A stretch of 64,000 bases of DNA, taken from an uncultured Planctomycetales bacterium (GTDB lineage Bacteria > Planctomycetota > Phycisphaerae > UBA1845 > JAFGLZ01). Location: contig CAZQTW010000031.1 of the NCBI GenBank assembly GCA_964596165.1, positions 3,924 through 67,923 on the forward strand. The letters run 5' to 3'. Below, one piece after another: positions 29,201 through 37,205 of this stretch. A model generated the notes under the pieces. That model searched no databases, was not told the DNA's origin, and saw only the letters and a list, made by a program, of their open reading frames with translations. The translations under genes and the position numbers were made by a program. Position 1 is the first letter of the stretch; every line of letters begins with the position of its first letter.

Positions 29201-30885
29201 CCTAGGCCGCGGAGCCACTTGCTGTATTCGATCAGACCCTGGTCACCGATTCGCGGCGCGGCCCGCAGGCGCATCGTGAAGCTCTCGCCGCCGTCGCGCC
29301 AACCGACCTCATGATGACACGCGATGAACTTGTCGATGCCGTAGGCCTTGTACCGCGCCAGCATCTCGCGCATCGGCTCACCGATGTTCCGCCAAAGATA
29401 CTCGCGGGCGATTTCGCCGGTATCGCACCGGGGGTTGGGGATGTTCGGCAGGACTTCGTGGAAGTCACGGCTGACGTTGATGAACAGCCGATCACGGAGG
29501 TCGTTTCGCTTGCCGTCGGTCTTCTTCTCGTAGAAGGCGCCGCCGTTGTAGGCAATCGCCTCCTTGTCCGAGATCCGCGGGGCGCCGTAGAGCGAGGACG
29601 CATCGGAGTTGTAGTAATCGATCAGTGAAAGAAGAAAAACCGGCTCGTCCTTGCCGGCCGAGCAAATGACCCTGGGCCAGTCCATGCCGTATGTCAGATA
29701 GGGGATATAGATCGCCTTGGGCTTGTCGAGTCCCTTGGCCACGCCGATGTCGAACCGGGTGGCCAGCCCGCCGGCGGCGGTGACGTCTACGATGAGCGAT
29801 TTCTGCTTGATGCTGAGTTGGTAAGTGTATCTGGCCGATGCCCGGCCGGCGACAAGCTCCCATTCGGCCATCATCACTCGGGCGTCACCCTTCTGCGAGA
29901 TCAGACGGGTGGCCACCCCGTCCGCCCCCGGCCGGACGACCTTGCCGCCGAGGTCGAACTCGATTCCGCCGCTCCAACAGGGGTGAAATGTCTGCCCGCC
30001 CGCCTCAACGGTGATGTCGCTCAGCAGGCCGGTCTTGGGTTCATAGCGGTAACGGATCGTCTGGCCCGCATCAATGGCCGCCAACTCGGTGGTGCCGTCG
30101 TTCGATTTCAACTCGTTGGTGACTTTGTCCTTGCACGTCGGCAGGATCGTGTCTGGCGTCGTCGGCCAGGGGAGCTTAGCCGGCAGCGATTCAAACTTCA
30201 GCGGCTTGTACTGGATTTCGTAGAAGCTCAGTGCGTCGAAGTAAAGGCGGGCCGGCTTCGTGCTGGAGCACCCGGACACATCAATGCCCTCGAACCGGAT
30301 CGGGTACTCAATCACGTCGTCGGCATTGCCGCTGAGCTTGTGATACGTGCCTGGCTGGCCGGACGGGCCGACCAGTTGACCGTGAAGAACGAACCAGTAG
30401 TCGAAGTCAACCGTACCCAGATCGACGGCGTAGGATTCGTCCTTGGCGTCGCGGATCAGGACGTGAATTTGCGTTCGGGCCGTCTCGGGCGGATCGATCC
30501 AGCCCCAGTTGTTGCCGCGGACCCAGAGGTTGATACCCGTCGGCTTGCCGGGCAGCGTGATCGGCTGAGGCGGGGCGATGACGAACGCACTGACCGGCGA
30601 CGCGCCCGAATAGACGGCCTTGGCCGAATACTCGCCGAAACAGAATTCCTGTTTCGAGCGGTAGAGCTTCGCCTGCGCCCCGTCGCGGCTGCGGACCTCC
30701 CAGCCCGTAAGGTCTTCGAAGTCGGCGAGTTGTGGGTGTTCGGGCTGCGTCCGGTTGGCCCAGTCGAGTTCGTAGGGCCGCTTGCCGACGGGGGCGTTGG
30801 GTTCGTCGGTGTTCGAGGCCGGCAGGGTTGTCGGTGGAGCGGGGTTAGCGGACAGGGCAACGAGTACGAGTGTGACCGCTTGCAT
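26266..30885 (-). CDS. Giant secreted hypothetical protein (about 1540 aa) with probable glycoside-hydrolase-like core, NEW3-like and NPCBM-like modules
   Basis: ORF 26266..30900 (TTG). The ATG at 30885 has an AGGTGA RBS. Hydrophobic N-terminus. Central segment (FIACHHEVGWRDGG...YTNYVDF...YCDVHTAY...) looks TIM-barrel-like. VSLAIPQGWRVEPSATTINLRPGESRTLTWALTLP is NEW3-like. CLFKVIVIDGDKP...VDLSPFAGKRVTIKLISDVGPANDSNSDWSCWGQPRI is NPCBM-like. Confidence 0.6.
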   Translation of the reverse strand: MQAVTLVLVALSANPAPPTTLPASNTDEPNAPVGKRPYELDWANRTQPEHPQLADFEDLTGWEVRSRDGAQAKLYRSKQEFCFGEYSAKAVYSGASPVSAFVIAPPQPITLPGKPTGINLWVRGNNWGWIDPPETARTQIHVLIRDAKDESYAVDLGTVDFDYWFVLHGQLVGPSGQPGTYHKLSGNADDVIEYPIRFEGIDVSGCSSTKPARLYFDALSFYEIQYKPLKFESLPAKLPWPTTPDTILPTCKDKVTNELKSNDGTTELAAIDAGQTIRYRYEPKTGLLSDITVEAGGQTFHPCWSGGIEFDLGGKVVRPGADGVATRLISQKGDARVMMAEWELVAGRASARYTYQLSIKQKSLIVDVTAAGGLATRFDIGVAKGLDKPKAIYIPYLTYGMDWPRVICSAGKDEPVFLLSLIDYYNSDASSLYGAPRISDKEAIAYNGGAFYEKKTDGKRNDLRDRLFINVSRDFHEVLPNIPNPRCDTGEIAREYLWRNIGEPMREMLARYKAYGIDKFIACHHEVGWRDGGESFTMRLRAAPRIGDQGLIEYSKWLRGLGYRFGTYTNYVDFAPVNSNWNEDDVCLNPDGTWQRAWPRCYALKPLRAAEKEAYYAPRIHEKFGTNAQYCDVHTAYTPWGRTDYDARTPGAGMFRTQFNAFARLLWNESKAHHGPVFSEGCHQWFYAGIVDGNYGQMVPYGTGHRIEPIVDFDLLKMHPLMTDFGMGMPSMYYGERGDWTKDRSRLSPYFDKFHTSTIVFGHIGFLADDWGLDGTLKSYFLLQALQQRYTMVPVKRIGYFDGGKIVDSSTALITDAYKRRQSNILYENGLEVWANLSPEHEWVVRVDGKDYRLPSYGFVARKPDDILAYSAIVGDTRHELVQCRDYLYLDSRDQIVRTPMIAARGAVSVKHDGKAAWRIIPATKCEEVTVSTDWLGCKRSYRFSATAHDKSGKQIGVAPVRHGPAEVTVMPVKGAIKYRLVNEPARPEAGQQNRGRPGPEELPDSVAWRITLPRTELIAGTSASGGLRLTSHFGNPWTLTIERVSSSGLQHAIGEFKVAAESALGRFCTTFNLKLPADQKPYERCWFRLRLKGAGETDLGERWVDMTAVPAFDLTFESGDQPLVSGRPWPLRTTVKSHLPDAADTTVSLAIPQGWRVEPSATTINLRPGESRTLTWALTLPDRPVVESVNLRAQYGPHRSEATRYLRTRPTQWVVAELAKTSEMASGECVRGGVEQAVNPEGSGAAVLMSEERVGGLPMPSIFMHPPYMRGVGYAFAATPVDLPQGRPQLEFAVGFRDGSTTTDGCLFKVIVIDGDKPTEVFARQYAVRERWATHKVDLSPFAGKRVTIKLISDVGPANDSNSDWSCWGQPRIVLADQVMAVEIQSDKPGLAFLPPPEPLNDLPVADLGKIASAEVTLDHAGVNGGQYESFIYFNDVKIGSTPLSNSDTEWASGKVALSSEAIRTIGPTNRLVIKNPGGDFMKVRNFCLRFALTDGRRGSSWIDVGPYTSATGWPHQEGTAVPVGADLPTIWLTLPVK

Positions 30886-31022
30886 GGACTCACCTTTCAA
30901 GAGTGTCTTGCCTGCATAGGGAATCGCGGCTTAGGTTAGGCACATCGGCTGCGAAATCAAGCGGTGGAAGGGCTGACTACAATTCCGTATACTGATATGT
31001 AGTCATTCGGGAGGTATACGCC

Positions 31023-31274
31023 ATGAGTGATTCCTGTACCGTAAGAATCGGGCGGCGAGCACATCGGAAGTTGAAGGTGTTGGCCAAGAGTTCGGGGGAT
31101 TCGCTGACCGAAGCGCTGGACAAAGCCATTGAGGCCTATCGCCGGGAGCGATTCCTCGACGAAGCCAACGCGGCTTATGCCGCCCTCAAGAAGAACAAGG
31201 CCGGTTGGCGACAGGAACAAACGGAGCGACGGGAATGGGACGCGACGATGACTGACGGTCTGGAGGATTCTTGA
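31023..31274 (+). CDS. Type II antitoxin, ribbon-helix-helix type (MazE/CopG-like)
   Basis: 83 aa. GGGAGG RBS. VRIGRRAHRKLKVLAKSSGDSLTEALDKAIEAY. Its stop overlaps the start region of the MazF gene. Confidence 0.7.
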   Translation: MSDSCTVRIGRRAHRKLKVLAKSSGDSLTEALDKAIEAYRRERFLDEANAAYAALKKNKAGWRQEQTERREWDATMTDGLEDS

Positions 31275-31276
31275 CC

Positions 31277-31618
31277 ATGCCCGAACCATCTCGGGGTGAA
31301 ATATGGACGGTCAACCTGGCTCCCACAGTCGGACACGAACGGACGGGCAGTCGACCCGCCTTGATCCTTTCGGTTGATCGGTTCAATCACGGGCCGGCCG
31401 GCCTAGTCGTCGTCCTTCCGCTGACGAGCAAGGCCAAAGGCATACCTTTCCATGTGCAAGTGTCTCCGCCAGAGGCAGGCCTAAAGCGACCGAGTCTCGT
31501 CAAGTGCGAGGATGTCCGTTCGGTGTCCAAGGAGAGGCTCGGCCGACGATGGGGCAGGGTATCGGCACAGACCATGGCCGCAATCGAGGATCGTGTTCGC
31601 ATACTTCTCGGGCTCTGA
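31277..31618 (+). CDS. mazF: Type II toxin, MazF/PemK family endoribonuclease
   Basis: ORF 31271..31618. The ATG at 31277 is preceded by GGAGGA. RGEIWTVNLAPTVGHERTGSRPALILS and VVVLPLTSK are MazF/PemK signatures. Confidence 0.85.
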   Translation: MPEPSRGEIWTVNLAPTVGHERTGSRPALILSVDRFNHGPAGLVVVLPLTSKAKGIPFHVQVSPPEAGLKRPSLVKCEDVRSVSKERLGRRWGRVSAQTMAAIEDRVRILLGL

Positions 31619-31991
31619 AAGAAGATGGTGAGTCCGCGGCGTGTGATACACACCTGGATATGCCCTCCTGATCTTGCGCGCGGGCGCGGAGATCGCTGAA
31701 GAAAAAGAAACAAAGACCATTCTCTCTGCAGGCTCTGCGCCTCCGCGCGAGTCCTCTCGGACAACATTCGGCGCCGGTCCGCTCCCTCACGGCTCTGATT
31801 GGACAGACGGCGACAGGCACCCTCGTGTTCTTCATCCAACGGCTGGCTGTCCCGAAGGGGCGGGAGCCCCCCTCCGTCTTGCCGGCGTTCCCCACAAGAT
31901 CTGACATGACGCGACTTCCCATTCGATGGACGATTATGGTACTTACAGTGTGCGGAGATCGACGAGCGGCATCGGCCTTCAGGAGTCGCAC

Positions 31992-32990
31992 ATGTTGAAG
32001 TCACCGGCGGTAAGGGGTCTTGTCCTTGTCATCGTGTTCTTGTGGGCGGCCGGGGTGTCCGCGGCCGACGGGTTGTGGGCCAAGGGCAACACGCACACCC
32101 ACACGACCATCAGCGACGGCAACGCGTCGCCCGAGGAGGTGGTGCAATGGTACAAGGACCACGGATACCAGTTCCTCGTGCTATCGGATCACGACCGGAT
32201 GGCGCCCCTCGACTTCTTCGAGAAGAACAGCGATGCGAACTTCATCTTGATCCCCGGCGTCGAGCTGTCGGTCCTTCGCCACAAAGGCAACGCGTCCATC
32301 CACCTCAATGCGATCGGCAATCGGACTCCCTCCAAGTCGATCGTTAGGACGAAGGCCGGCGAGGCGTTGGCGGAAAACATCGATCAAATTCGAAAGGCGG
32401 GGGCGATTCCCCAGGTCAACCACCCGTCCTTCCACCTTAACGACCGCGGTGCCGCGAACGTGCTGATCGGTACCCTGTTGATGGAAACCTACAATCACAG
32501 CTCGCGGTCGGACGAAATGGGATCGATGCATCAGCCCATCTTCGAGGCGGCGTGGGACGTTGCACTGACGGCCGGAAAGCGGGTCTACGGCGTGGCGGCC
32601 GACGACACGCATGATTACAAGACGTTCGGTCCGAAGCGCGCCAATCCCGGCGGCGGGTGGGTTATGGTCCGCGTCGTCAAGCTGACGCAGGAGGAGATCT
32701 TCAAGAGCCTGTTGGCCGGTGAGTTCTACTCGTCAACAGGAGTGGAGTTGGAGCGTCATGAGTTCGACGGTCAGTGCATTCGCGTCGGCGTAAAGCCGAA
32801 ACCGGGCGTCACGTACACGATCTGGTTCATCGGTCGCGGTGGCATGCCGCTGAACAAGGTGACCGGTCCGACGGCCGAGTACCGTCTGAAGGGCAATCCG
32901 TTGGAAGCGTACGTCCGCGTGCGGATAGACGCCAGCGACGGCACGAAGGCCTGGACGCAACCCGTCTGGCCCGGCGGGGTCCCGAAGTAA
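31992..32990 (+). CDS. Secreted PHP-domain metallohydrolase (CehA/McbA-like)
   Basis: ORF 31926..32990. AGGAG RBS before the ATG at 31992. Signal peptide, then GNTHTHTTISDGNASPEEVVQWYKDHGYQFLVLSDHD (PHP His cluster). Confidence 0.7.
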   Translation: MLKSPAVRGLVLVIVFLWAAGVSAADGLWAKGNTHTHTTISDGNASPEEVVQWYKDHGYQFLVLSDHDRMAPLDFFEKNSDANFILIPGVELSVLRHKGNASIHLNAIGNRTPSKSIVRTKAGEALAENIDQIRKAGAIPQVNHPSFHLNDRGAANVLIGTLLMETYNHSSRSDEMGSMHQPIFEAAWDVALTAGKRVYGVAADDTHDYKTFGPKRANPGGGWVMVRVVKLTQEEIFKSLLAGEFYSSTGVELERHEFDGQCIRVGVKPKPGVTYTIWFIGRGGMPLNKVTGPTAEYRLKGNPLEAYVRVRIDASDGTKAWTQPVWPGGVPK

Positions 32991-33162
32991 CCGCACAATC
33001 AGAGGATTCAACGCAAAGACGCCAAGACGCAAAAGGCGAGGGCGGACGACGCGCTTTCGGCGCACGGCGCTCCTTCTCCCCTTGGTAAGGGAGGAAGGTG
33101 CGTCACGACACACCTACATCCTCCGATCCGAGTTAACCCACAGACTGTCTCGTTGTTCGCGT

Positions 33163-34350
33163 TCACTTCCCGTAGAACCAGTCGACTCCCACACGGAGCA
33201 GGTGCAGGCCATCGCGTTGGTGATAGACGATCAGCGCGATGTCGTCCACGAACGTCAGACTCGGATAGCCGTAGTCGTTGTCCGGCTCGCCGGCCAAGAC
33301 GCGTTGGTTTGTCCAGGTCTGGCCGTCGTCCTTGGAGAGAATCGCCGCGAACGGCGTCCGCCGTCTCGGGGGATTTTTCGGCCCCCCGATGCATCGGAGC
33401 AGGAGCAGATCGCCCGTCTTGGGGATCCGCTTGACGTTCAGCGCCGAGGTGCTGTACGGCGGTAGGGGCAGATCCTTGACCTGCTCGCCCTTCGACCACG
33501 TCTGGCCACGATCGGTGGAATATGCGCGGCCGACAAACCGGCTGTAGCTCCGCGTCAGCATCATGACGCGACCGTCCTTGAGCTCGACGACATGGGGTTC
33601 TTGCGCCTCGATCGGTAGCATGTTGACCTCGTTGGTGCTGCGGTTCCACTTATAGCCGTTGTCGTCGGACCAGGCAGTGTAGCTCACGTAGCCGCCATGA
33701 TCGCCCTTGTCGGACCGCACCTGCGTCTCGGCCGGCACCAGGATCCGCCCGCCGGAAAGCTGGATCGGCTTGTCGTTGTGCACGAGGTGATACCCCCACT
33801 GAGGCGTGAGGATGAGCTGATCGCCCCACGTTTTCCCGTCGTCGATCGAGCGGCGGTAGTAGGTGTGGCCATAGAGGGGCTCTTCGCCGGGCGAGTAGAT
33901 GTAGGTCAGGAGGAGGTGTCCGTTCGCCAGCCGCAGGAAGCTGGGGTGGCAGTAGTAGTCCTTGCCGGGTCGCACGGGCGGAGGAACGAGGATGAACTCG
34001 TCGCCCCACGTCTTGCCCTTGTCCGAGGAATAGCGGGCGCCGATCGCGCCATCCTCGGCGCCGTTGGGCAAGAAATGCGTGTAGGCGAGCAGGAGGCGGC
34101 CGTCCTTAAGAACCTCGACGTCACCCGGCATCCCGCGATAGCCGTATTCCTTCTTGGGTAGCCTGACGACGTGCACGTCCTCACAGAGCGGCTGTGCCGT
34201 TTGATCGGCTGTGGCCTGGGCGGCTTGCGCGGATCGTACGGCAGAGGCATGTTGCAGTTTGAACCCGAGGGGGTCGCCCGCCGTGACGACCGCCACAGCC
34301 AGCGTGACCAATAGCAATTTCACATTCGCTCGGCTCGTCATCGTGGTCAT
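33163..34350 (-). CDS. BNR/Asp-box repeat protein, sialidase-like (GH33-like fold)
   Basis: ORF 33163..34470. The ATG at 34350 gives a signal peptide. Five Asp-box repeats: SSDKGKTW, SIDDGKTW, SDDNGYKW, STDRGQTW, SKDDGQTW. Confidence 0.75.
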   Translation of the reverse strand: MTTMTSRANVKLLLVTLAVAVVTAGDPLGFKLQHASAVRSAQAAQATADQTAQPLCEDVHVVRLPKKEYGYRGMPGDVEVLKDGRLLLAYTHFLPNGAEDGAIGARYSSDKGKTWGDEFILVPPPVRPGKDYYCHPSFLRLANGHLLLTYIYSPGEEPLYGHTYYRRSIDDGKTWGDQLILTPQWGYHLVHNDKPIQLSGGRILVPAETQVRSDKGDHGGYVSYTAWSDDNGYKWNRSTNEVNMLPIEAQEPHVVELKDGRVMMLTRSYSRFVGRAYSTDRGQTWSKGEQVKDLPLPPYSTSALNVKRIPKTGDLLLLRCIGGPKNPPRRRTPFAAILSKDDGQTWTNQRVLAGEPDNDYGYPSLTFVDDIALIVYHQRDGLHLLRVGVDWFYGK

Positions 34351-34519
34351 GTGACTACCTCGTGATTGTGATGGTCGGATGTGGCAGATCATAACCCTGC
34401 CGGTGCCGTGGGCAAGCCGGGCGTGAGTGGCGCTGTGTAGTTCCGACCTACGGTGCGTGTCTTGACGCACCCCCTGTGGCTGGATTCATATCTCGTTAGT
34501 CATTACGTGAGGTGAAAGG

Positions 34520-35758
34520 ATGATGATGAGCCGTTGTCGAGTTGCCGTGCTGCTGGGCTGCGCTTCAATTCTGGTCCCGCTTGCGTGCATACCGCCGGCG
34601 TCCGATCCATTGTGCGCAACGATATCGCCCTCCCCCGGCGAAGAAAGCTCGCTCTGGTACCACACGCGCGGCGATACGAAGCTCGACCTGGCAACCGGCG
34701 TGGCCACCGACGCCGAGGGGAACGTCTATCTGGGGGCCCACCAGCAAGGCCCCGCTGAGATTTACACGGACATGGTGGTCTACAAGTTCGCGCCCGACGG
34801 GACGGAACTCTGGAAGACCCGTTGGGGCGGCGAGTTCCAGGAGAAGGCCTTCATCGTGGCAATGGCCGGAGGCACGGTCTATGTCGGAGGGCTGCAGAAC
34901 ACGAGCATGCAGCCGACCGACGCCCACATGGCCGTCATCGCACTGGATGCGAACGACGGGCACCTGCTGTGGGAATTCACCTGGGGCCAGGGCTTCGGCT
35001 ACCAGGAGGTCAACGGCCTCGTGGTCGACGGGGATTCGATCTATGTATCGGGTTGGACGACCGGCCGGACAACCGGCGTCGATCTGGCGATTCTCAAGCT
35101 CGACCTTGCCGGTAACCTCGCGTGGGCCCAGACCTGGGGCGGGGCGGGCTGGGACCAGGCCGACGGCCAGATGGTCGTGGTCGACGACGCGATCTATATC
35201 TCGGGGCGGTATAACGCCAAGAACTATCTCATCGGCGGCAAGGCGCTGCTGGCCAAGTTCTCGAAGGCGACGGGCCAATACATTGCGCACAAGATGTGTG
35301 GCGGGACGGTCTTCAACGATGCCCTGGGTATGACGAGCGATGGAACGTCCCTGTATGTTGTCGGCCTGACGATCGTGAGCAACGGCGGCGGACAGATCTT
35401 CCTGCGGAAGTACGACAAGCAACTGAATCTGATCTGGCAGCGCCTGTGGGGCGGCCGAGGCGGCGAGTCGTCGCGGGCGGTGGCCGTCGATGTCGACGGT
35501 GATATCCTCGTGGCCGGCCACACGGATAGCTGCGGCAGCGGCGCCAACGATGTCGTACTTCTGCGATACAGCCCCGACGGCAACCTCCGGTGGGCGCGGC
35601 TCTGGGGCGGACCGGGCATCGATTCGGTAGGGGGGATCGCCCTGTACGGCGACTATGCCTACGTGGCCGGCGAGACCTTCAGCTTCGGGGCGGGGCAGAA
35701 CGACGCCCTTCTCATCAGGGCGAACTGCCGAACGGGGGCGTTTCCGGCGGCGGAGTGA
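34520..35758 (+). CDS. Beta-propeller repeat (SBBP-like) lipoprotein
   Basis: 412 aa. MMMSRCRVAVLLGCASILVPLAC lipoprotein-like signal. Repeated D(A/G)xG(N/D)(V/I)Y(V/L)xG units (GNVYLGAHQ, DSIYVSGWT, DAIYISGRY, TSLYVVGLT, DILVAGHT, YAYVAGET). Confidence 0.6.
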   Translation: MMMSRCRVAVLLGCASILVPLACIPPASDPLCATISPSPGEESSLWYHTRGDTKLDLATGVATDAEGNVYLGAHQQGPAEIYTDMVVYKFAPDGTELWKTRWGGEFQEKAFIVAMAGGTVYVGGLQNTSMQPTDAHMAVIALDANDGHLLWEFTWGQGFGYQEVNGLVVDGDSIYVSGWTTGRTTGVDLAILKLDLAGNLAWAQTWGGAGWDQADGQMVVVDDAIYISGRYNAKNYLIGGKALLAKFSKATGQYIAHKMCGGTVFNDALGMTSDGTSLYVVGLTIVSNGGGQIFLRKYDKQLNLIWQRLWGGRGGESSRAVAVDVDGDILVAGHTDSCGSGANDVVLLRYSPDGNLRWARLWGGPGIDSVGGIALYGDYAYVAGETFSFGAGQNDALLIRANCRTGAFPAAE

Positions 35759-35923
35759 CCCATCGGGCAAGGTAGGAAAGGTCGTCGACCAGAGGTGGTC
35801 TTGAAGCCATTCGTGGGTGCCACGGGCAGCGTGCTGCCAGCGCAGATGTGGCAGGAGACCGGGCAAACACGGGCGGACAAGCCGCCCGTGGCACTCTCCA
35901 CGAGAATCTTGAAACCATCCGTA

Positions 35924-36928
35924 TCAGTTTGTCTTCTTGAGTAATCCCGCGATCTGTCTACAGGCGCGATAGGCGGTGAGCTGCTTATCTTCAAAGATCG
36001 CCGCCTCCACATCCCGCCAGTCCATGGCTACCTGTACCGACCCGGGCAGCTCCTTTACGTCGTGGATCTTCTCCCGAATGTCGGGCGGATTCCGCCGTTC
36101 CTTCTGGGTAAGGCGGACCAGGTAGATCGCCTCCAGGCCGTTCTCCTGATAGGCAAGCACGTCGGACTTCTTGTTGCCGATCCCTACGCCCCTGCCGATG
36201 AAGTCCCGGCGGATTCGGGCAAGTGACTGGCTCTTGTACCTTCGGTTTCCGGTGAGCAATTCCTCCGTCTCGGCCAAGAGCACCGGCCCGTTGGGGAATC
36301 GATGCTTGCGCAGCCAGTCCTTGGTCTTGGGACCGAGGTACTCCGACCGGCTGGTCAGATAGATGACCGTCCACCGTTCCGCTATACGGTTCATGACGCG
36401 AGGAGAATGGTTCATGGGCGGCGGATCCCCGGTGAGCACCCTTCTGAAGCCGGAATCCACCAGTGTTTTGTCCAGGTCCACGACGCAGAGTGCCGCATCG
36501 GCGGGACGAGCGGCCAGCAGCAGCTGAGTCTGAACGGACGATGCCGGCTTGTCCAGCGGCTGGTACCGGGCAACGAACTCGTAGTCGCCGACCTTCTCCG
36601 GCCTGAACGTGAATGAGGCCTCTCCTTCGTGGTCGGTCCTGCCCTCGGCGAGCAGCTGGTCCTTGTGAAAGATGCGGATCGGCGCATCTTCGACTTCGTG
36701 GGAGATCGAGACTTTCACCAGCTTGACCGTCATACGGACTTCCCGGCCGGGCAGACAGAGGGCGTCCTGACCCATGAAGAGGTACTTTCCGTCGGCGCCC
36801 AGTGCTTCGCGAAGGTGCGCGCATCCGGCACTCATCATCGCACCAGCCGTCAACGAGACGACGGCGGCGATCCGAAGGGGCAGACCTGATGCCGAGACGG
36901 GCAATGGCAAGACTGTTGACGCCCTCAC
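35924..36928 (-). CDS. HAD-superfamily phosphatase, LNS2 (lipin/Ned1/Smp2)-like, with N-terminal signal/anchor
   Basis: 334 aa. DxDxT motif in CVVDLDKTLVDS. VIYLTSRSEYLGPKTKDWLRKHRFPNGPVLL and GIGNKKSDVLAY match LNS2-type HAD motifs II-IV. Confidence 0.6.
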   Translation of the reverse strand: MRASTVLPLPVSASGLPLRIAAVVSLTAGAMMSAGCAHLREALGADGKYLFMGQDALCLPGREVRMTVKLVKVSISHEVEDAPIRIFHKDQLLAEGRTDHEGEASFTFRPEKVGDYEFVARYQPLDKPASSVQTQLLLAARPADAALCVVDLDKTLVDSGFRRVLTGDPPPMNHSPRVMNRIAERWTVIYLTSRSEYLGPKTKDWLRKHRFPNGPVLLAETEELLTGNRRYKSQSLARIRRDFIGRGVGIGNKKSDVLAYQENGLEAIYLVRLTQKERRNPPDIREKIHDVKELPGSVQVAMDWRDVEAAIFEDKQLTAYRACRQIAGLLKKTN

Positions 36929-37048
36929 ACGGAACTCCTTGAACGGCCGTTACACCAGTGTAGCGAAAAACCATCTCCAAAACTTCGAGTAATGCATTTC
37001 ACTTCGCCGCGGGGACCGGGCATTGGATGGCTTGGGCTCGGGTACGCC

Positions 37049-37081
37049 ATGTCCGGGTGCTCGCGCACCACGGCTCTGATC
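37049..37081. repeat. Conserved 33-nt intergenic hairpin motif, copy 1
   Basis: ATGTCCGGGTGCTCGCGCACCACGGCTCTGATC is identical to 42830-42862 except for one base, which falls in the loop of CCGGGTGC-NNNN-GCACCaCGG. Located between the divergent genes starting at 36928 (-) and 37206 (+). Confidence 0.6.
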
Positions 37082-37205
37082 CGTCTCTTCTTCGACCCCA
37101 ACGCATCTCTCGCGCCCGGGGCTTCCACGACCTCGGCGGGTAGTGACACGGGCAGCCCGGAGCCCTTATCATGACGGGGTCCTGTCCAAGCGAAGGAGTT
37201 TGCTT

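Noticed and set aside
33071-33097. Hairpin CCTTCTCCCC-TTGGTAA-GGGAGGAAGG between the convergent PHP and sialidase-like genes, as a bidirectional terminator.
   Set aside because: The stem has a mismatch and a G-T pair, and there is no T- or A-tract on either side. Too weak to call.
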